DNA from: a virus
Lineage: Duplodnaviria > Caudoviricetes
Strand: one strand, 5' to 3'
IMG/VR virus record: IMGVR_UViG_3300020567_000066
Span: 7,121 to 71,120 of that record
Length of the DNA stretch: 64,000 nucleotides
Part shown: piece by piece, positions 56,971 through 64,000 of the stretch
Layout of the letters: each line of letters opens with the position of its first letter
How positions within the stretch are numbered: position 1 is the stretch's first letter
Notes under the pieces: generated by a model
Told to the model about the DNA's origin: nothing
The model's database searches: none
The model's input: the letters and a program-made list of their open reading frames with translations, nothing else
Made by a program: the position numbers and the translations under genes

Positions 56971-58361
56971 TGCCTTTTCAGGAGAAGCACAAACTATTGG
57001 ATGGTGATGTACACTATGATACACAGGAATATACCATATTGGAATATGGTGCTATTGTTATTGGATTGAGTGATTCCTTATGGGGAACTCTTCCTCCTCC
57101 AGGAATTAGTCTTTATCCTAATGCCTTGTATTATGAGGAGAAATCAAAATCTGTTATCTGGCAACCATATTTGATAAGATGGGGTACTGAGCAATACAAG
57201 TTATATGATGCCAGGAGTATATTTGTTGGTTCAATTGTGTATGATAACCAATTGGGAAAGATTCATCTTGAAAATGATCAGGATGAACCAGGACCACTAA
57301 AGTATTATGGTACAAGTGTTGATGGTGAAAAGGGTTGGTGGGATATAGAAATAGAGACTGGACTAGAGCCTGAGAACCACAATCTTTCTTCTAATCAATG
57401 GCATATTGATGTCAATGGTTCATTTCCTCCTCAAACAGGAAGAGCAATAACATCTTTTGGTAGTTTATGGACTTATGTTCAAGGTGATTATGATAGTGTT
57501 GGCTGTCCTTCTTATCTAGGTTTCTCTACAATCAATAATCAGGTAGAGTTTTTAGAATTGAGAGGAGAGAAACATATAGAGAAGAACAATACTTGTCAAT
57601 TCCAATTGGTTGGTGATCCTTATCAAGTGAAAGCATATACCAATATCTTTGGTTTTGATTGTAATGCCCTTATGTATTATGGCACACTAAAAGGTAGAGA
57701 TGATGGTTGGCATAGTTTACCAATGTATTTGTGTGATGATGGATCAGTAGAGAACTGGTGTAATACAAGTGTTGATAGTGGACAACCAAGTGTTTATAAC
57801 AATCTTAATTATCCAGAGAATCCTGTCTATGTAGACAACCAGGGAGTAGAAGATCATTGTTTGAATCCTAATGACAACATATATAACCTTTGTGATACTA
57901 TCAAGGGATGGGGATTTGGTGAACTTGGTGCTGATCCTGGTTGTGATATGGTTCTAGATTGTCCTTATGTTGATTACAAGGGACATATTCTAGAAACTAC
58001 ACTGGAATCTATTAGAAGAAAGTATGATAGACTTGTCTTATTTGCTGATAGAATTGGCTTTGATCTCATACCAGCAGAAACTATGGATGTTCCATTTGGT
58101 AGAGTTCGTTATCAGATTTCTGGTAGATTGAACTCTTTAGCTTCATTATTGGTTAAAGCAAATCTTATATATCAAGAAGTAGTTGTTCAACCTTCTCCTT
58201 CTGGATATTTAGTAGCTCCAGGACAATTTTATGATTATGCAAGACCAATAGTATTTTCTCAGACTATGTATGAACCATTTGTTGTTATACACCATGTAAA
58301 ATATAATAAAGCCAGTGTAGAGAATGTACGAATAAAAGACTTTGGAATATCGAAATATTGA
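56970..58361 (+). CDS. tail fibre-like protein
   Basis: TAATG-coupled start with SD AAGGAGG; module LENDQDEPGPLKYYGTSVDGEKGW. Confidence 0.55.
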   Translation: MPFQEKHKLLDGDVHYDTQEYTILEYGAIVIGLSDSLWGTLPPPGISLYPNALYYEEKSKSVIWQPYLIRWGTEQYKLYDARSIFVGSIVYDNQLGKIHLENDQDEPGPLKYYGTSVDGEKGWWDIEIETGLEPENHNLSSNQWHIDVNGSFPPQTGRAITSFGSLWTYVQGDYDSVGCPSYLGFSTINNQVEFLELRGEKHIEKNNTCQFQLVGDPYQVKAYTNIFGFDCNALMYYGTLKGRDDGWHSLPMYLCDDGSVENWCNTSVDSGQPSVYNNLNYPENPVYVDNQGVEDHCLNPNDNIYNLCDTIKGWGFGELGADPGCDMVLDCPYVDYKGHILETTLESIRRKYDRLVLFADRIGFDLIPAETMDVPFGRVRYQISGRLNSLASLLVKANLIYQEVVVQPSPSGYLVAPGQFYDYARPIVFSQTMYEPFVVIHHVKYNKASVENVRIKDFGISKY

Positions 58362-58369
58362 GGTGAGCT

Positions 58370-60757
58370 ATGCCACAAGCAGCACCAAATAAACTGTTCA
58401 AAGACAATGACATAGACTTTGGTAATCTTATATTTCGTTCTATTCATAGCGATACCTTTACCAAAAGTAGTGCTTTTAGTGTTTTATCTGTTATTAGAAG
58501 TAGAGAATCACCATATGCTTCTAAGAAAGGATTTGTATTCTATACAAGATACCAGCATGTTAATAATATCCTTGTATCAGTGGGAGAAAGAGTAGTAGCA
58601 GGACAACAGATTGCTTCTATTGCTCCTTATGCAGCTAGTGAACCACATCTTCACTTTGTTATTTCAGACTCTGATGGACCATACAATTGGCAGGGACAAG
58701 AGTTACCAATTGGTGGTGTTGCTTTGTTTGTTGATGATTGGTTTGGGTTTCCTACAGATGGATCAAGAGTTGGTAAACCTGCTCATAGAAATGCTAACTT
58801 TCCTGAAGAGATTATTTCCTTTATTAGACAAAGATTCTACTTACCAGTAGAAGGTTCTGATTGGAAGATTATACTTTCTTCTCCATTTCACACTCTTTAT
58901 GACTATTACGCAATTGACATAGAAAGGGCAAGCACCACTTCTCTTGGTGAACCAGTTTATGTGGCTTTTGGAGATGATAGAATTGAGAGTATTGTTGACT
59001 CTATAACACCAAACTGGGAAGCCTACAGTGTTCTTGTAAGGCACAGAATTAAACCAGAAGATGAAAAGGATGACGATAAATACTACTTCTGGGGTCCTGG
59101 AGGTTTTGTTGGTGTTATTCAACCAGATGCCAGTGAGTTATCTAATCTACCTTCAGATCAAGCTTTTGTATTGTCTCAATCTGCTGCTACTGGTAATAAA
59201 AGCAACTTGACACCAGAAGACTCAGAATATCCTATCACACCCTATTGCATATATACACAAAGCAACATTTATGGTAAAGGATTATTCAATAGAAAAATTG
59301 GTTGGTATCAACCAAGATTTGCTCTATTCAATGGAGAGATAGTACCAGATGAAGATAGAAGAGAGGAATCTGTAGAGAATCTTGGTTTACTGGAGGACAA
59401 AGTTTCTGGTTCTATTGTTGTGAGGCAAATTCCTTTACATGAATCCTGGTTCCAATTTACAGCAAAATATGGGTTGAAGTATCCAATTATTGTTGCTACT
59501 CTTGAGAATGATGTTTTACTTCCCAAACCAGGACAAATCTACTGTACTGATCCTAATGGTATAAAAGGATGGCACAATCCACAAGATTTCTTCAATGTTT
59601 ATGTACATCCAATTATTCCTACTGGATTGGGAGAAGAGTGTAGCAATGATTTAGAAGCAGAAGCTCCATGTTACAACATGCATACAGATGTTCAAGAGAA
59701 TCCAGACTCTCCAGTACCAGCAATTGTAGCAGGATTGGGAAACAAGTGGACTTATATTGGTCCAACAAAGCAATATCAATTGTTTAGTAATGAATCTGAG
59801 TGGGTTAATATACAGACTTATGGTAGTTTGACTACAGAAGAAAAGGATGGAAAAGTAACTCTTGTTAATGATGAAGATTCTGATGATACATTTTATGGTG
59901 GGAGAGAGAATAAACCCAAATGGGTAGAAATCCATGATTTGACTGGAGAAGAAGAGTCAGAAGAAGAAGGTGAAAAAAGTAGTGGTGAATCAGGAGGTGA
60001 AGGAGGGAGTAATCCAGACAATATAGGTACAACTCCAGGACAGAATCCTAGTCAAAAGTATAAACCTGGATTCAATGAGTTTGGTAATACAGTATGCAAA
60101 CCTGTTGTCAATGTAAAAGACAGAGGAAAGTTTAGAGTTGTTGCTTATCGTTATTATCCTATTGGTTTCTTTGGTATTTCACCACCATACATATACTATA
60201 ATGGTTGCACTGCTAAAGGAAGAGTATATGCAGATTATGATTTCCTATCAGAGTTTATTAGTACAGACTTTCAAGCATACAATGCAGAGCTAGATTGTGT
60301 AAGAAGCTCAGATTACTATAGCTATTGCAAGATAGCCAAGAGGAATTGGTTAGCTTCTTATCCACAATCATTTTCTATAAAAGCTCTAGTAAAAGGTGCT
60401 TCCTATAATCTGGTTCCACAGAATTATAACAATAGAGCAGTAATTGGGCACATAGTAACACTTGGTAACAGAACATGCAAAGACCTAACAATTGGTTCTG
60501 GATACTTGTGTTTTAAGAGAGTTTCTGGTTCTTGTAATATCAATGTTATATTGACAATGAAAGCATCTAATGGAAAGATTGTTGTATATGAATTACAGCC
60601 AGAACCTATTAGTAATCCTCAGTATGATTATCAGCTTATTATTAGACCAAAGATGTTTCACTTTATGGAAATATCTGTTGTACCAGAAGGTTGTGATGTA
60701 AGAGTAGAAGGAAAGTTCTTCATATATACATTGACAAGAGAGGAATTAGGGCCATGA
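58370..60757 (+). CDS. tail protein with an N-terminal, circularly permuted M23 peptidase-like domain
   Basis: YQHVNNILVSVGERVVAGQQIA...PHLHF precedes PFHTLYDYYAID...GEPVYVA; fibre modules follow. Confidence 0.6.
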   Translation: MPQAAPNKLFKDNDIDFGNLIFRSIHSDTFTKSSAFSVLSVIRSRESPYASKKGFVFYTRYQHVNNILVSVGERVVAGQQIASIAPYAASEPHLHFVISDSDGPYNWQGQELPIGGVALFVDDWFGFPTDGSRVGKPAHRNANFPEEIISFIRQRFYLPVEGSDWKIILSSPFHTLYDYYAIDIERASTTSLGEPVYVAFGDDRIESIVDSITPNWEAYSVLVRHRIKPEDEKDDDKYYFWGPGGFVGVIQPDASELSNLPSDQAFVLSQSAATGNKSNLTPEDSEYPITPYCIYTQSNIYGKGLFNRKIGWYQPRFALFNGEIVPDEDRREESVENLGLLEDKVSGSIVVRQIPLHESWFQFTAKYGLKYPIIVATLENDVLLPKPGQIYCTDPNGIKGWHNPQDFFNVYVHPIIPTGLGEECSNDLEAEAPCYNMHTDVQENPDSPVPAIVAGLGNKWTYIGPTKQYQLFSNESEWVNIQTYGSLTTEEKDGKVTLVNDEDSDDTFYGGRENKPKWVEIHDLTGEEESEEEGEKSSGESGGEGGSNPDNIGTTPGQNPSQKYKPGFNEFGNTVCKPVVNVKDRGKFRVVAYRYYPIGFFGISPPYIYYNGCTAKGRVYADYDFLSEFISTDFQAYNAELDCVRSSDYYSYCKIAKRNWLASYPQSFSIKALVKGASYNLVPQNYNNRAVIGHIVTLGNRTCKDLTIGSGYLCFKRVSGSCNINVILTMKASNGKIVVYELQPEPISNPQYDYQLIIRPKMFHFMEISVVPEGCDVRVEGKFFIYTLTREELGP

Positions 60758-63336
60758 CAGTACCACAAAACAATAGATACCAGCAAACACCAAGAAGTAT
60801 GGTAAGAGCTGGTATTAGTACATATTTCCCTGATGATGCAAAACCATATGAACTCTTATTTGCAGAGGATGAAGGATGTTTGTATATCTATGTTCCAAAG
60901 TATGGATTTCAGAAGATAGGGTGTTTTGATATACAAGCTGCACTAGAGGAACAGAGAGAAAGACCAGTTCCTTCTTCACAACCATCATCTCAACCATCTT
61001 CACAACCAGAACCTGGTTCTCAACCACCAGAACAACCACCACCTGAATCTTATTGTGCAGTAATGGAAGATGGTACTGGAAGAATTGATGTTGATTGTAA
61101 GCTTACTGGATATATTAGGTTTGGCAATATAAATGATGCTACAGCATTTGAATTTGTTATCTGTTTGACTTATAACCCTGATTTTGGTTATTGGTATGGT
61201 CAGTATGATGTTAGCAGATTAATGAGTGGTTATATAGTTCCTGGATGCAATAATTGGCAATTCTATTTTTATACAGATGGAAGAATGAGAATTGTGTTTG
61301 GTAATAATTCTAGTATTGTTAAGAACAACTTTTATAGCTTTGGTACAAGAGAATTGTGGACTTATAATTTTCGTTATTTCTCTGATGAGCTTTATAGTGC
61401 TAATTTTCTTAGCAATTGTATGGTAAGAGAAAAAGCATTTTTTGATAATGGAGTTTTTCAGGATTGGGGCATAGACGCAAGAATTGAAAATACAACAACT
61501 GGTTGTGATGATTATGAATCTTCAGAAGATTATTATAATTGTGATGCTATACCAGAGGTTCATATTAATGAGATTAATTTTCGTTGTAAAATACTTGATC
61601 AATATGGTATGCCAATTTGTAATCTTGTTCCTGTTGATGCCACTTCTCCTGATGGAGTGAAGAGTTTTACTGGCAAACTATCAACACATCTTCTCTTTTA
61701 TCCCTATTGGACATATCAACATTACTGCTATGATACAAACACATCAAATACAAGATTTTATGAGACATATTCTATATATACACAGAACATTGAGTGTGTC
61801 AATAACTATCTGAATGAGTTGTATGCAAGGAAACAATTGTCTGTAGAAGACTATAGATTTGATCTTTGTAACCCTATTGTTCTTTATTGGAGAGAAGATT
61901 ATGGATATTGGATAAGTAAACCATTTTATAGGTTTTCTATTCTTTCCAATAGAAAGCAAGATATTTATGTCATAGTTACTGGTATTTTTGTTATGAGGAG
62001 AAATCTTCAGGTTTATATAATACCAATCAATTGGTCTATTATTCCAGACAATCAGAGTATTAAGAATGATCCTTTTCTTCCTCTTGATAATTCCTGTGAT
62101 ATTTTGGATAAGCAATTCATAGATGATTATATAACTAGGCTAATAAGATATTATGCATATCGTTACACAGATCATTTTGTAGTCAATAATTCCAATCTAG
62201 TTATTGACATGAATATGTATAGAAGAGTTGGTCCAGAGTATCCAATTGGATATTACAATCATTTTGGTTTTATAGTTGATCCTTGTAATCTTTCTACACC
62301 AAATATACCTCATGATATAAGCCACAACATACCTCATGATTTACCAGATGTAATTCCATTTGATTTTCTTCCTCATGATATTGATCTGTATTACAGTCAT
62401 CATAATATACAACCATGTGAAATACTTCTAAGTGTTTATATTACTAAAACAGTCGATCAGGAGGGCACATATAAACATTCAAGAGACAATGTAGTTATGA
62501 GTTGGGACTCTAGTACAAAGGAATGGGTGTATAGTGATTACACACAGAAAGCATATAATACACAGTGCAACTATTATGAGATAAGAGCAAAAGGTACTTA
62601 TAATAATGGAGTAGTTGATATAACCATCAAGATTACATTTGATGGAAGAACTATAGAACAAACATTTTCCAAGATGCTTAATGAAGCATTCTTTATTGTC
62701 TGGGATTTCACATATCCAGATTTGTTTCCTAGTGATTGTAATACAGGAAATTATTTCTTAGTTGCTGGAAGAATAACACTGAGTGATCAAGGAAAATGCA
62801 TATATATTGATCCTACTTCATCAAATCAGGGTGGTTCATCAGGTAATAATCCTTGTAAATCTGGATGTAGAGATGAGATGGATGAAGATGAAGACTATAA
62901 CACTGATCCATCTAGAGTATGTGCAAGAATGACTGATGGTACTGACAGATATGATGGTGATTGTGCAGTAATGGCCAAATATAATGTCTGGTATATAGAT
63001 GGAACAAGAGGAGAACCATATAAGAGGAAGTTGTTGTGGAATCCAACAGCAAGAACTTGGGCAAGAGACTTTGCAATTCAAGAGATTCCTTGTGGTTCAT
63101 CATCTGGTGGTTTGATTGCTTCTAGTAAAAGAATGATCTTCTCCACTTCTGGTGTTATAAGGATTCGATGGAAGAGTGATTTGGTCACTACTCATACACC
63201 ACAAAAAACTGTTGGTAGTGGAAACACATGGAGATATTACTACTTTATTGAAGTTCCAATAGGGTGTTTATCTGGAAGAAATACTTCAGGATTATCGGCA
63301 AGATATATGGAAGTGCTTGTATATAACAATGTGTAA
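60754..63336 (+). CDS. receptor-binding/tail fibre protein with internal repeats
   Basis: P/S/Q linker (PSSQPSSQPSSQPEPGSQPPEQPPP); repeated CA.M.DGT.R.D.DC domain at both ends; IPHD repeats. Confidence 0.55.
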   Translation: MTVPQNNRYQQTPRSMVRAGISTYFPDDAKPYELLFAEDEGCLYIYVPKYGFQKIGCFDIQAALEEQRERPVPSSQPSSQPSSQPEPGSQPPEQPPPESYCAVMEDGTGRIDVDCKLTGYIRFGNINDATAFEFVICLTYNPDFGYWYGQYDVSRLMSGYIVPGCNNWQFYFYTDGRMRIVFGNNSSIVKNNFYSFGTRELWTYNFRYFSDELYSANFLSNCMVREKAFFDNGVFQDWGIDARIENTTTGCDDYESSEDYYNCDAIPEVHINEINFRCKILDQYGMPICNLVPVDATSPDGVKSFTGKLSTHLLFYPYWTYQHYCYDTNTSNTRFYETYSIYTQNIECVNNYLNELYARKQLSVEDYRFDLCNPIVLYWREDYGYWISKPFYRFSILSNRKQDIYVIVTGIFVMRRNLQVYIIPINWSIIPDNQSIKNDPFLPLDNSCDILDKQFIDDYITRLIRYYAYRYTDHFVVNNSNLVIDMNMYRRVGPEYPIGYYNHFGFIVDPCNLSTPNIPHDISHNIPHDLPDVIPFDFLPHDIDLYYSHHNIQPCEILLSVYITKTVDQEGTYKHSRDNVVMSWDSSTKEWVYSDYTQKAYNTQCNYYEIRAKGTYNNGVVDITIKITFDGRTIEQTFSKMLNEAFFIVWDFTYPDLFPSDCNTGNYFLVAGRITLSDQGKCIYIDPTSSNQGGSSGNNPCKSGCRDEMDEDEDYNTDPSRVCARMTDGTDRYDGDCAVMAKYNVWYIDGTRGEPYKRKLLWNPTARTWARDFAIQEIPCGSSSGGLIASSKRMIFSTSGVIRIRWKSDLVTTHTPQKTVGSGNTWRYYYFIEVPIGCLSGRNTSGLSARYMEVLVYNNV

Positions 63337-63343
63337 TAATGAA

Positions 63344-63433
63344 ATGAATTGGATACATGATGAAACAGAAGCAGAGATTGATGAGATAGAAGAGATTGTT
63401 GACACTCTTCTACATGATTGGGATTTTGATTAA
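63344..63433 (+). CDS. possible 29-aa acidic peptide
   Basis: MNWIHDETEAEIDEIEEIVDTLLHDWDFD; no strong SD. Confidence 0.25.
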   Translation: MNWIHDETEAEIDEIEEIVDTLLHDWDFD

Positions 63434-63484
63434 TGATTTATGGTGTATCGTGAAAGGTGTATGAAGCATCGTGAGAGGTATATG

Positions 63485-63520
63485 AAAAAGGACGACGCTA
63501 CACACCACACATAGCGTCGT
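63485..63520 (-). terminator. intrinsic terminator for minus-strand transcription
   Basis: 9-bp stem ACGACGCTA/TAGCGTCGT (63492-63520) followed on the minus strand by CCTTTTT. Confidence 0.6.
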
Positions 63521-63594
63521 TGTCTATACTCCGCCAGCCTATGCTGGACTGCTGCTCTGACATCCTTCTCAGGCAGCTGTTCCCAGGCAGCTGT

Positions 63595-63867
63595 TCATCG
63601 ACTGCCCTCACCAGTGCCCTCACCAGGATCATCCTTCGCCAACAGGCTCAGCAACTCCCACGGCTCTCCGAAATGAGCCTTGCCTGAGCTGTCCAGGACT
63701 TTCCACAGCCCGTTTCGCTGGTTATATGTAAGCAGCCCCCTATAGCCATCAGTACCCCAGACATGCCAGCTGCTGCTGTCTGAACGCTCGACAGTCAAGC
63801 CGAGCAACGCTGCCATCTGGATTACTTTATTGTGCCTCTCTTGCCTCGTCTTACCAGTCAGACGCAT
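63595..63867 (-). CDS. hypothetical protein (GC-rich segment)
   Basis: 90-aa ORF, SD GGAGG, high GC. Confidence 0.65.
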   Translation of the reverse strand: MRLTGKTRQERHNKVIQMAALLGLTVERSDSSSWHVWGTDGYRGLLTYNQRNGLWKVLDSSGKAHFGEPWELLSLLAKDDPGEGTGEGSR

Positions 63868-63947
63868 AGTAGTGCCTCCGGATTAGGTTAAAAGGAAGGG
63901 AGGCCATCCATGGCCAATATGTTACTGCTACTGCCGTCATTCAGTCG

Positions 63948-64000
63948 TCAAATTGTTGGTTTCTGCAGCGCAATCAACTGCTGGTACTTCAGGTTGTTAC
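63948..64000 (-). CDS. 3' end of a gene entering from beyond the window
   Basis: ...NNLKYQQLIALQKPTI-stop. Confidence 0.3.
   Translation of the reverse strand, partial: NNLKYQQLIALQKPTI

Noticed and set aside
50917-63336. Diversity-generating retroelement targeting the fibres
   Set aside because: No reverse transcriptase and no TR/VR pair differing at adenines seen in the window.

Overview
One 64-kb stretch of a tailed dsDNA virus (Caudoviricetes) genome. It is AT-rich (roughly one-third GC) and almost free of CpG in its core genes. The host is probably a Planctomycete (Gemmataceae-like), inferred mainly from a TIGR02996-domain gene, and is possibly thermophilic. Left arm (1-12.2 kb, minus strand): small early/anti-defence genes (AcrIII-1/DUF1874 ring nuclease with an extra C-terminal domain, macro-domain protein, TIGR02996 protein, partial ThyX), tRNA-Ile(UAU), tRNA-Arg(UCU), a GC-rich island and a primase-helicase. 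At the strand switch (12.3-14.5 kb) is a gene-free, mirror-symmetric 2.2-kb locus: outward-facing G-quadruplex motifs, two paired TAATCGATT-arm elements exactly 1980 bp apart, a 7x7-bp tandem repeat and a 1.6-kb roughly 80% AT mosaic. It is the best origin candidate and the most unusual structure here. Right arm: YqaJ nuclease, adenine methylase, DnaE, dCTP deaminase, nucleotide kinase, a TnpB/omegaRNA remnant, two membrane-anchored proteases plus a holin-like gene (no endolysin seen), and a scrambled Mu-like morphogenesis module. The tail region has three tail-tube-like paralogs, a -1 frameshift chaperone pair, very large Cys-rich proteins and a circularly permuted M23 domain. All calls come from motif recognition by eye; no database searches were run. 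Several starts were moved to the ATG behind the best Shine-Dalgarno.
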